Assembly (NCBI GenBank): GCA_951406725.2
Contig: OX597820.1
Span: 97,030,001 to 97,094,000, forward strand
Direction: 5' to 3'
Source: Octopus vulgaris
Taxonomy: Eukaryota
DNA length: 64,000 nt
The notes beneath the pieces are model-generated. The model had not been told where the DNA came from. It saw only the letters and a program-made list of their open reading frames with translations, and made no database searches. The position numbers and the translations under genes are program-made. Positions within the stretch are counted from its first letter, which is position 1; each line of letters starts with the position of its first letter. Below are positions 51,273 to 62,573 of the stretch, one piece after another.

Positions 51273-51670
51273 AAGGTGGCGAGCTGGCAGAATCATTAGC
51301 ACGCCGGGCAAAATGTGTAGCTGTATTCTGTCTGCCGTTATGTTCTGAGTTCAAATTCTGCCGAGGTCGACTTTGCCTTTCATCCTTTCGGGGTCGATTA
51401 AATAAGTACCAGTTACGCACTGGGGTCGATATAATCGACTTAATCCGTTTGTCTGTCCTTGTTCGTCCCCTCTGTGTTTAGCCCCTTGTGGGTAGTAAAG
51501 AAATAGGTATTTTGTCTGCTGTTACGTTCTGAGTTCAAATTCTGCTGAGGTCGACTTTGCCTTTCATCCTTTCGGGGTTGATAAATTAAGTACCAGTTAC
51601 GTACTGGGGTTGATCTAATCAACTGGCACCCTCCCCCAAAATTTCAGGCCTTGTGCTTAGAGTAGAAAAG
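51273..51670 (+). mobile_element. Dimeric tRNA-SINE family 2 inserted as one unit
   Basis: 17-bp TSD aatattgtattgtttta at 51256-51272 and 51671-51687. Confidence 0.88.
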
Positions 51671-54600
51671 AATATTGTATTGTTTTAGTCTCGTTTGTCT
51701 TTGGACAATTTCCATGCAGGCACACCACCAAGAAGGACTCAGTCAAACAAATCGACCCCACTACTTATTTTAAATCCTTACTTATTCTGTTGATCTCTTT
51801 TCGCTGAAGTTCTAAGTTATGGAGATATAAAGAAACCAACACTGGCTGTCAAGTGGTGGGACACACATTTTAGTCACACAACAGGTTTCTACACAGTTTC
51901 CCTCTACAAAACACACTCATAAAGTATTATTTGGCCAAGAGCTAGAGTAGAAGACACTTCCTCAAGATGTCACATTGTGAGACTGAACTTGATATCAAAT
52001 GGTTGAGAAATGTACTGTTTAGCTACACAGCCTGGCCTCATGCCTATAAATTATGAAAGAGATGATAAATTAAAGCAGGATCAAGTTTAATTTACTTAAA
52101 TACTAAAGTCTCATACCTAAAATAATTAACAATTAATATAAACCACATATCAACTGGGAATTAATTACAAATTTAAATTTAAACATGCTCGGAGATTTGG
52201 AAATTTCTGGAATATTAATCATCATCATCATTATCAATTTTATGTCCACTTTCCCATGGTTGTATGAGTCAGATGGAATTCATAGGAGCTGATCTTCTAT
52301 GCCCAGAAGCCTTTCCTGACACCAGCTACCACCTGTTTCCAAGCAAGGTAATATTTCGTCATAACCAGACATGCTTTTACCAAAGATTAAAAACAAGGAC
52401 ACTGCTTGTATCACAGTAACACTTGTTTACAACTATCACATGATGTCAAGTCAATGAAACACAAGCACACACACATGCTGGGCTTCTTTCAGTTTCCATC
52501 TGCCACTCACAAGGTTTTGGTTGATTCAGAGTTATAGAAGAAGACACTAGTTATCAGACAGTGAGACTGACCTGAGACCACATGAATGGGAATCCGTTAC
52601 TATTTTGCTTCTGAAGATGTGGCAATGTGGTACCTGGGGGAAGTGTCTCCTACTATAGTTCCAGACTACCCAAAGCCTTGCGGGTGAATACGGTAGACAG
52701 AAACTAAAAGAAGTTCATCGTGTATGTATGTAAGTATGTGTCCTTGTCATGATATTGTGAGATAGTTGTAGATGACTGTCACTCCATATAAGCAGCGTTG
52801 TTCATTTCCAACATTCTGCGAAAACATGTCTGGCCATCTTTGCCTGGAAACAGGTAAAGGGTTGGTAATTGGAAGAGTATCCTTCATCATCATCATCGTT
52901 TAACATCCGTTTTCCATGCTAGCATGGGTTGGACCGTTCGAATGGGGTCTGGGAAGCCAGGAGGCTGCACCAGGCCCCCAGTCTGATCTGGCAGTGTTTC
53001 TACAGCTGGATGCCTTTCCTAACGCCAACCACTGTGAGTGTAGTGGGTGCTTTTTACGTGCCAGGGGAGGCTGGCAGCGGCCACGATCGGTTGGTGCTTT
53101 TTACGTGCCACCAGCACAGAAGCCAGTCAAGGCAGCGCTGGCATCGGCCACGTTCAGATGGTGCTTTTCATGTGCCACTGGCACAGGTATCAAAACTAGA
53201 AAATCTACCTCTGTCCAACCCTTGCAAGCATGGCAAAGTGAATGTTAAAATGATGCACCCTTCTTTTCTACTTACATACCCTAATTCTCTTCATGTGTCT
53301 AGGGGTAAATATTCATGGACAAATAGGGTATTTGAAGATGATTGGTAAATGCACGGATCCAAATGTAGAGTAGATTTTTAAACTCTAGCAACTGTAACTA
53401 ATAGGTAAGGCAATAAAGCCTGCCTGATTGTAAGTTAGAAAAAAAAATTCCCTTGAAAAATTCTTGGAAAAGATTAAGAATTCAAATGTTTAGAGAGACA
53501 ACAAAATCAAAAAATAATTCCAGGGAGCAAGGGAGATGAGTCATTGTTATCTCTAATGGTCAAGCATCCATCATTGACAAGACCAAGAAAGGTCAAAATC
53601 GGGATCTGGTGGTCTCGGCACTGAAAATGGTAGGGATTTATCTCCATGTTAGCAATATAAATAAGTGTGCATTCTGCACTGAAAAGTCAATATGAGAGTT
53701 TCTCTCGTGGTGTCTACATCAGTAACGTTTGTTCTAACAGTACAATGGGGATAAATATTACCTCTTGGTATTGATACTGCCTGTCGCTAACATATATATA
53801 TTCATACAAGCAGTGTCTTCCATGAAAACATGTCCAGTGATACGGAAATTTTATTTGGCTTGAAAACAAGCAAGGGTTGGCAACAGGAAGGGCATCCAGC
53901 TGTAGAAAATCTGCTTCAACAAATGACCCATGCAAGCATGAAAAAGTGGATATGATGATGACGATGATGATGATGATGAGGAGGAGGAGGAGGAGGGCAT
54001 AAACCCTACTTCTTTTTATCAACTTTAGCCTTGTATTGCAACTTCAAGCAAGATATTTTTAACCCTAAGTTGGCAACAGCACCATTTGTAATAAGAACCA
54101 TGAGATAAGAGCCTAAAAATAAAATTACTATCAAAAAAGAAAATTTTGGTGATCATGTAAGTGAAACATTTACAGCTTTTTACAAGGAAGGAAATGAAGG
54201 CAGGGTCACTAAAATCTTCAACTGTTTATCTTAATAACCTATTGACTCAATAACCTAGTTTCAATTAACTGACACCAATGGTAACTTTCGTTTTTACCCT
54301 CTTCAAATTTATGAAGGAGGAAGGAAGGGAATGCTTTGATGTGTGCGCCTTTCTCCAGAGGCAACCCCAAACTAGTAACTGAAATAAATGTAAACAGACT
54401 CAATTCAGCAGAGTAAAATCTTAGTGCTATGAGAGACTTGAAGGAACACCACCTGAATCTATGTTTAATTTCTTCATTAAATGATCTAAAATAATTTGCA
54501 AGATTTTCAAGTACTTTTACTAGCTTGATTGCCAAGTTTTACTTCATAGATACCTATTCCCACTGTACAGAACTCCGGCTTATTATAATAGTTAAAAATA

Positions 54601-54985
54601 GCCACTATCTTATTTTTCTTAAATTAGTAACCAGCTTTTACTTTAGCTTTCTATATTTCTGTAGTAAGAAAAGCACTAAGTAAGCCGTAACACTAGAGCA
54701 GCAGACTAAATGCATTACAAGACTTAATCCCATCCATTTAGGTTTCAAGAACAGATCTTTAAACATGCATTTTTGTTTTTAAAAATGGATTCATTTTCCA
54801 CTAGTTGACTTTGCCTTTCATTCAATCAAAGTTAATAAGTACCAGTAATATGTACAGGTGTACAATGCAATCACAGGTACACCTTGTTCTCTGCAAATAC
54901 ATTAACATTGTTTTGTGAAAAAAGAACTTTGATATTTCTGTCTGTCAGGTTTTAATTCTAGGTAGAAGGCAGTCACCTTTACATG

Positions 54986-55203
54986 CAAGAGGGCACTAAA
55001 AAGTTCCTGGCTTTAAAGAGTATTGCAAAAAACTTGGTTGGAAGCTCAACCTTCTGAGTTCTTTTACAGGGCTTAGAAAAACTGAAGGACCGCTGCAATA
55101 AGTGTGTAAATCTGAGAGGAGAATATGTTGAATAAAATCATAATTAAGTGATCCTCCTGTATTTTCTTTTACCCAAAGCCAGGAACTTTTCAGTAACCCC
55201 TTG
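54986..55203 (+). mobile_element. Mariner-derived MITE
   Basis: TIR core aaaagttcctggcttt / aaagccaggaactttt; internal KCVNLRGEYVE* mariner C-terminus; TA at the right flank. Confidence 0.8.
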
Positions 55204-56139
55204 TAAGCCGCCAAAACCCATTGAGAATAGCATGGATACTGCACAATGACATTCAGTTTTTCATGTTAGCATTCACAGGAAAGTCACTATAAATTTGAAC
55301 ATTCCCAACTCCATAACAGATGTCATTCTTATTACAAACGGCTCAACTTTGAAGAGAGAAACATTTAAAAATAAGTAGAAATTGCTCACAAGACAAAAAA
55401 AAAAATTAAAAGTTCTCAGTAGCATAACACAATAGTTGTAATAAGGTTTCACTTTTTTTTACTACAGAAATCTTATATGTCCACTCAAAATTTCATTACT
55501 CTTAACTGTGGAAAGCAGTTTTATATAAAAGTCTATTTTTGTCGCAGAATATTATGTTTGAAACTATTTTTAAGACATATCAAGTTTAGTGAGGCAAGAT
55601 AAGACTTGCAGAAATCACCAATTTTATTTTTTTGGTAGATATTTAATATCATTACTGTAATAGCCATGAAATAAAACCATTCAGTTAAAGGGTTAAAATC
55701 ATGGTCACATGGGCGATACGCCCAACAACTCATTCTTATGATTACAGTAATTTAAAGAAAAAAGAAACAAAACCAGGAACAGAAGAATGGAATTCTTGTA
55801 ATAATTGAGAAAATAGCATAGAATGTGAGGAAAGGTGGAATTTAGTTAACAGGAGGGAAAATGTAAACATGATATTCGTATCTTTCTTGAACATTGAGGA
55901 AGTAACTGGAAATGGCTTCAAGTGGAAATCAAATCTAGGTTGTATAAATGGTTAGCAAATTATAGGTGCAGGCACAGCTGTGTGGTTAAACAGTTTTTCT
56001 CCCGAAGCCATGTGATTTCAGGTTCGGTCCCACCGTGTGGGACCTTCAACAAGTGCCTTCAACTATAGTCCTGGGCTGACCTAATCCTTGTGAGTGGATT
56101 TAGCAGACGGAACTGAAAGAAGACTGCCATATGTACGTA

Positions 56140-56539
56140 TACTCTTTACTCTTTTACTTGTTTCAGTCATTTGACTGCGGCCATGCTGGAGCACCGCCTT
56201 TAGTCGAGCAAATCGACCCCGGAACTTATTCTTTGTAAGCCCAGTACTTATTCTATCGGTCTCTTTTGCCGAACCACTAAGTGACGGGGACGTAAACACA
56301 CCAGCATCGGTTGTCAAGCAATGCTAGTGGGACAAACACAGACACACAAACACACACACACATACATATATATATATATGTATACATATATACGGCAAGC
56401 TTCTTTCGGTTTCCATCTACCAAATCCACTCACAAGGCATTGGCAGAAGACACTTGCCCAAGATGCCACACAGTGGGACTGAACCCGGAACTATGTGGTT
56501 GGTTAGCAAGCTACTTACCACACGGCCACTCCTGCGCCT
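56140..56539 (-). mobile_element. tRNA-SINE family 1 copy inserted in the microsatellite of an older, oppositely oriented SINE (about 55963-56785)
   Basis: Older SINE head at 55963-56130 and its RTE-like tail at 56560-56785 flank the insert. Confidence 0.8.
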
Positions 56540-57437
56540 TTGTGTGTGTGTGTGTGTGTGTGCATGCGTACTTGTTTTTGACTTTGCATGATAGCTGTAA
56601 ATGAGTGTCACTCTTATACAAGTAATGTCATTCATTTCCAGTCTTCCATGAAGAATCATGTGGAAATATTCCTTACTTGGAAATAAGTGAGGGCTGGTGA
56701 CAAGAATGGTGTCCAGCCACAGACAATCTTCCTTAATAAATTCATGCAAGCATAAAATAATGGACATTAAAACAATGATGCTGATGAGGATACCAACTCA
56801 AACAGCAACAGAGCAAGAAGAATGAATTTTATTGAAAAGAAAATAACTGTAATCTCAATGTTGCTTCTGATGTTACATGCAAAGCAATAAAATCAGTACA
56901 TCTAACCACGAGGTTGCCTCTTCATAGTTATGTAATAAAACAGAAACAGATCTAGAATTCAGATTTAATACAGCTTCTAATGGAATAGTGAATTTGAGAA
57001 ATGGATGCATTATATTACAACACTACACTCTCGGAGTGGTTGGCATTAGGAAGGGCATCAAGCTGTAGAAACCCTGCCAGATCAGATTGGAGCCTGGCGC
57101 AGCCATCTGGTTCGCCAGTCCTCAGTCAAATTGTCCAACCCATGCCAGCATGGAAAGCGGACGTTAAGTGATGATGATGATGATTTTATTAGAAATTTCT
57201 CACCTGTCTTGAAGCAACTTTTTATCATTGCAAAAGAGTTTCCTTACTAAAACAACCTAGTTTCTGGGCACATTACATATGTAGGTTACACAGATGAATT
57301 ATCTAAGTAATCAAAAATTAAACCTAAACATAGCCCAGCCCAATAAACAAGAGTCTGATTAAAAAAGAAAATAGAAGCTGAAAAGCTATCGTTCCCCTTA
57401 TGGAAAAAAAAAAGAGAAACGCACCCTCCCTCTTGAA

Positions 57438-57816
57438 TCTCTATAAATATAAACGGCAAAATGTCTGTCTGTCTGCGTGTGTGTGTGTATCCTTTATACA
57501 AATCCACAATTTTTCAGTTAGAGGGCGCGCACTTTCTATGGTCATTCAAAACCGTTCAAGGGTGGTCGTGCACATCTTTACATTTCCCCAGTCACCCCAC
57601 AAAGCCATTAAAAAACCAATAGAAGTGACATTTTTGGTTAATTTTCTATCCAAAACCCAATCAAAATGCCTGAAACTTGATATGCCAATTGAATGCCAGC
57701 TAGCTGTATGTGATTGGTCGGAGATTTGGACAGTACTTGCGTGTATGTGTGCACGCACGCAGCTGTATATGCAATCACTAGCACAATGACCCGGCGTTGC
57801 TGGGTCATAGTGCTAG
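57438..57816 (+). mobile_element. Non-autonomous Helitron
   Basis: A|TCTCTATA start, CTAG|T end, 3' hairpin, no TSD; second copy at 61908-62279. Confidence 0.88.
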
Positions 57817-58933
57817 TATAGAATTAAGTAGAGAAGCTCTTAAACAAGCAATCCAAAATTAAGAAGCATAGGAGATGCATGCATATTTAATCAATGGTGC
57901 TTAATTAATCTCTAAGAAATAAAAGAAGCAAAACCAACCCTCAGCAGAACATGAACTGAGATCAGGAAACCCTCAAATTAGATGCACTAAATCATCTATT
58001 TTGGCACTTCAGTTTTTAACTATTTTGGTTACCTTACAAGATATTTAGGTTATCATTGTCATCATGGTTTTAACATCCACTTTTCCATGCCTGCATGTGT
58101 CAGATGGAATTTAAGGCAGATTTCCTGTGGCCAGGTGCCCTTTCTGTCACCAGTCCTTACTTGTTTCCATGTAAGATAATATTTTCCCATAGACAAGTTT
58201 TCATGGAAGATTGAAAATAAAGATCATAGTTATATGAAGATGACACATATCAAGCCAAGGAGACACCAACTCTTTCTCGCACATACACACAAATATAATG
58301 AGCTTCTTCCAGTTTTTGTTAGCCAAAGGTTTTCACAAGACTTTGGTCAGCCAGTTGCTATAGTAGAAGACACTCAACCAGGGTGTCACACAGTGGGAAA
58401 GAACCACTATGTGGTTGGGAAGCAAGCTTCTTAAGATAAATGATTGATCAACAGATTGGTTTTTATAACTTCAGAGGAATTCAGGTATGCATAAGTGATA
58501 AGTTATTACTATCAAATTTCTGAAAATCAGTGAACCACAAACTGACCTATTTCTATATGACAATATCTAATGAAGCTATTTTTTTTATAATTACATTCAA
58601 GTTTAAAAAGACAACAACAAAAAAAAGACTTCTCTGTTGAAGACAGGAGTAATACCTTAAGAAAAGATGATTATGAAAAAGTAACAGTTACTATGATGTA
58701 AGGTACACAACAATCCTCATCTTATGTACATGTATGCTTAGATATATATGCACAGTTACATCAATTATATACATATAATTATATATCATCATCATCAACA
58801 ACATTTAGTGTCCATTTTCCATGCTGGTAAGGGTTAGACGGCTTGACTGGAACTGGTAATCTGGAGAGCTGCACCAGTCTCTTTTGGCTTGGTTTCTAAG
58901 GCTCAATGCTCTTCTTAACACTTATATATATGT

Positions 58934-60224
58934 ATGTATATGTTAAATAAAATGAGACAACAAAGACAAGATTGTGTGGAATTTATAGGACATTTATAAA
59001 GAGAAAGGTAGTCTTACAGCTGTTTCAGGGATATTAGGGATATCCTGGCATCAGAGACGATATGAGAGAGTTAACAAGAGGGAAATAGTAGAGTTCAATA
59101 TAAGGAGTTAGTTTGGAAAAGGGTGGATATAGGAAGTAAAAAGGGAAACAAGAGAATAAATATATATATGTAGGATGTTACAGTTGCAGTTCCATTATCC
59201 AAGGAAAGTGGTGTGTAGATCATCATCATCATCGTTTAACGTCTACTTTCCATGCTGGCATGGGTTGGACGATTTTGACTGAGGGCTGGCGAACCAGATG
59301 GTTGCACCAGTCTCCAATCTTGATTTGGCAGAGCTTCTACAGCTGGATGCCCTTCCTAACGCCAACCACCCCGAGAGTGTAGTGGGTGCTTTTTACATGC
59401 CACCAGCACAGGGGCCAGTCAGGCGGTACTGGCAATGACCTCATTAGAATCTTTTTACACATGCCACCAGCAGAGGTGCCAGTAAGACGACGTTGGTAAC
59501 GATCACGCTTGAATGGTGCCCTTTTACGTGCCACTGCCACAGAAGCCAGTTGGCTGCTCTGGCAACGATCATGCTCGGATGGTGCTCTTGGCTCCCTACT
59601 AGCATAGACATAAGTGCCAGTAAGGCGACGCTGGTAACAATCACACTCGAATGGTGCCTTTTATGTGCCACTGGCATCGAAGCCAGTTAGCTGCTCTGTC
59701 AACTATCACACTTGTATAGTGCTCTTTGCACCCCGCTACTTCTCATGCATGGTATGTAGATTCCGATAGGAATTCATATTTTGTTATTACAAGTGGATAT
59801 TGTGGAGACAAAAATTCCATGTGCTGTTTACACCACAAGACTCCTTTGAATGAGCAGCACATGGAATTTATGTCTCCACAATAATCACTTGTAATAACAA
59901 AATATGAATTCCTATCGGAATCTACATACCATGGATGAGAAGTATTTCTACCCATTCTACACAGCACTTTCCTTGGATAATGGAACTGCAGTATCCTAAA
60001 TATATTTTTATTCTCTTATTTCCCTTTATACTTCTTATTTCCTTCCTTTTCCAAAATAACTCCTTATATTGAACTCTACTATTTCCCTCTAGTTAACTAT
60101 CTCATATTATCTCTGATGAAGAGATATCCCAGAAACAGCTGTAAAGCTACCTTTCTCTCTATGAATGTCCTACAAATTCCACACCGCCTTGGCTTTGTTG
60201 TTTCATTTTATTTAACATATACAT
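58934..60224. mobile_element. Fold-back Penelope-like element with a hammerhead motif in each arm; left arm interrupted by an RTE 3' end (59220-59738)
   Basis: Arms of about 370 bp; loop about 59827-59853. CTGATGA..GAAACAGCTGTA at 60113-60143, with its inverted copy at 59011-59058. Confidence 0.75.
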
Positions 60225-60659
60225 GCTCACACAAGACCCACATTAGACTCCTCACTCATATCATTATTGAACTGAGAGTCTAATATGGTCCTCCCGTAAC
60301 ACTTACAAAGCCTTACCTGCCATCTTGAGTCTTCTAGATACCAATACCTCTCATATGTATGTATGTACATATATACGTATGTAAGTATGTATGTATGTAC
60401 ATATATACGTATGTAAGTATGTATGTATGTATGTACGTAGGTACGTACGTACATATGTATGTATGTATACACACACGTCATATTTTTAAAGTTCAATTTT
60501 CTATGCTTACATGGGTCAGATGGAGTTTATTGAAGCAAGTTTTCTACAACCAGATACCTCATCCTGTTGCCAACTCTCATTGGTTTCCTAGCAAGGTAAT
60601 ATTTCCCCATAACCTGATATGTTTATGCAGAATACAAAATATTGGAAATGAGTAACATT

Positions 60660-60691
<32 letters not shown>

Positions 60692-60695
<4 letters not shown>

Positions 60696-61040
60696 CATAC
60701 TACCATCATGTTCTTAATGATGAAATTAACCTCTCTGTTTATATATCTACCCTCTTTGTAACGTTGGCAAATGAAATAGGTATAAGAATGTGCATTGGCC
60801 GTTTAATTGAAAAATTCTATGTGGCTGAAGATTGCTCGACATTTTAAAACTGATGTAATATTTACAGTGTTTAATAAAATGAAGCAGCATGAAACAAGTG
60901 TACTACGCTACCTTGGATATTCTTGTTTCTTATTTTGATTACAATCACCCCATTTGATTTATATGGATAATACCATACAAAATTCTGGTGCCTTTAATTT
61001 AAGTACCATATTCATCTAAATCTAAATTTTGCTGAACTTA
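60692..61040 (+). mobile_element. Penelope-like remnant between (TA)n tracts with a hammerhead core
   Basis: gtgg-CTGAAGA-long stem II-GAAAC-aagt-GT-A-ctac at 60821-60906. Confidence 0.65.
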
Positions 61041-61047
61041 TATATAT

Positions 61048-61339
61048 ATCACGTGATCACGTGACCAACCAGTCCATCAGATATTGTTACACATCGCTGG
61101 TCACAATGCGTTCGCATTGTTTTAGCCTTCGAATGATGCCACCCCGCTGGCTAAGCAAGCAGGCCAACAGAAGAAAGAGTGAAAGAGTACAGCAGGGATC
61201 ACCACCCCCTGCCGGAGCCTCGTGGTGCTTTTAGGTGTTTTCGCTCAATAAACACTCACAATGCCCGGTCTGGGAATCGAAACGGCGATCCTCCAACCGC
61301 GAGTCCGCTGCCCTAACCACTGGGCCATTGCGCCTCCAC
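61048..61339 (-). mobile_element. tRNA-SINE group 3 variant (third tail type)
   Basis: Same head as 12897, 13139 and 39531; tail ends ...ggtcacgtgatcacgtga(TA)n. Confidence 0.8.
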
Positions 61340-61814
61340 ACACACACACACACACACATATATATACACACACACACACACACACATAGCAGCTAATGTC
61401 CATGTTCTATGCTGCCATGGGTTGGACATACACACATGACAGATGTCTGTCAATTTCCATCTACCAAATCCACTCACAAAGCTTTCTACTATAGCCCTAA
61501 GACAACTAAAGCTTTGCAATTCAACTTCATAGACAGAAACTAAAAGAAGCACAAAATATATGTACATATATGAATGTGTAAGTGTGTTAGTGTGTGCATG
61601 TGTTTTTGGTGTTAGTGCTTGTGTTTCTTCGTTATGTAATAGTTGTTTAATGAATATCACCGTCATATAAGCAGTATCTTTTGTTTCCAATCTTCCAGCT
61701 ATGAGGGAAAATAAACAACCTTGCTTGAAAGAAGGTCAAACTTGAAAAGGCATAGAAAAACCTACCTAAGCAAATTTCTTCTAACCCATGCAAACATGGA
61801 AAAGTGGACATTAA

Positions 61815-62406
61815 CCCTTTCATTACTGTATTTATTTTGAGATGCTCTGTGTTTCTTTCAATTGCTTTAGATATAACAAAGAATTTAGTAAAATGGCTTA
61901 GTTATCGCTAGCACTATGACCCAGCAACGCCAGGTCATAGTGCTAGTACATGCATATACAGCTGCGTGCGTGCGCACATACATGCGAGTACTGTCCAAAT
62001 CTCCGACCAATCACATACAGCTAGCTGGCATTCAATTGACATATCAAGTTTCGGGCATTTTGATTGGGTTTTGGATAGAAAATTCACAAAAAAGTAACTT
62101 CTATTGATTTTTTAATGGCTTTGCAGGGTGACTGGGGAAATGTAAAGATGTGCACGACCACCCTTGGACAGTTTTGAATGACCATAGAAAGTGCAAGCCC
62201 CCTAACTGAAAAATTGTGGATTTGTATAAAGGATACACATACACACAGACAGACATTTTGCCGTTTATATATATAGAGATTAAGTTAGTGTTAGAAACAT
62301 AAATTGTGACTAAGGTTTGGTGGAACATTTTAACTCAAAACTTATGAAAGCAAAACATTTGTCCTCAGAGCCAGAGTCGGTTTCAGACGGGTTGGTAATG
62401 AAAGGA
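61815..62406. mobile_element. TTAA MITE family B interrupted by a Helitron
   Basis: TTAA at 61811-61814 and 62407-62410; the halves rejoin to match 42577-42797. Confidence 0.85.
61908..62279 (-). mobile_element. Non-autonomous Helitron (second copy)
   Basis: Reverse complement of 57438-57816; TC...CTAG termini. Confidence 0.88.
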
Positions 62407-62527
62407 TTAAAATGATTAATGATGGAATACAATGTAGAAAGCAAACATAGATTAGAAAAAGATCATAATTTATGAATATGTATCAGGAAGAAATTGACCA
62501 ACATAATAAGAAAAAGTCTTTACTTAC

Positions 62528-62573
62528 ACACAGTCATTTTGTGAGGATGATGGCAAAGTTATGCCAGGTGGTC
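62528..62573 (-). CDS. MAP2K6: MKK3/6 coding exon (N-terminal, docking-site region): (x)PPGITLPSSSQNDC(V)
   Basis: Minus strand reads tttatttgcag|GACCACCT...TGTGT|gtaagta. 46 nt, phase 1 in and phase 2 out, which fits the next exon. PGITL resembles the PGLKI docking motif of MKK6. Confidence 0.75.

Larger units (their letters stand above)
16361..62573 (-). other. MAP2K6: Gene span (coding exons visible in window) of a dual-specificity MAP kinase kinase, MKK3/6 class; 5' end probably outside the window
   Basis: Eight exons (46+166+120+114+180+78+137+142 nt) splice in frame to about 326 aa. Motifs: [26 protein letters not shown] activation loop, APE. GDVW, SLDKFY, SGYLVDS, ITMIELA and PFQQL are MKK3/6-type. 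The symbol stands for the MAP2K3/6 co-orthologue. Confidence 0.92.

Noticed and set aside
53280-54800. SINE-poor stretch with a 98-aa ORF (54239-54535) and faint LINE-like peptide fragments
   Set aside because: No motif I can name with confidence; probably an old decayed element. BLASTX would settle it.
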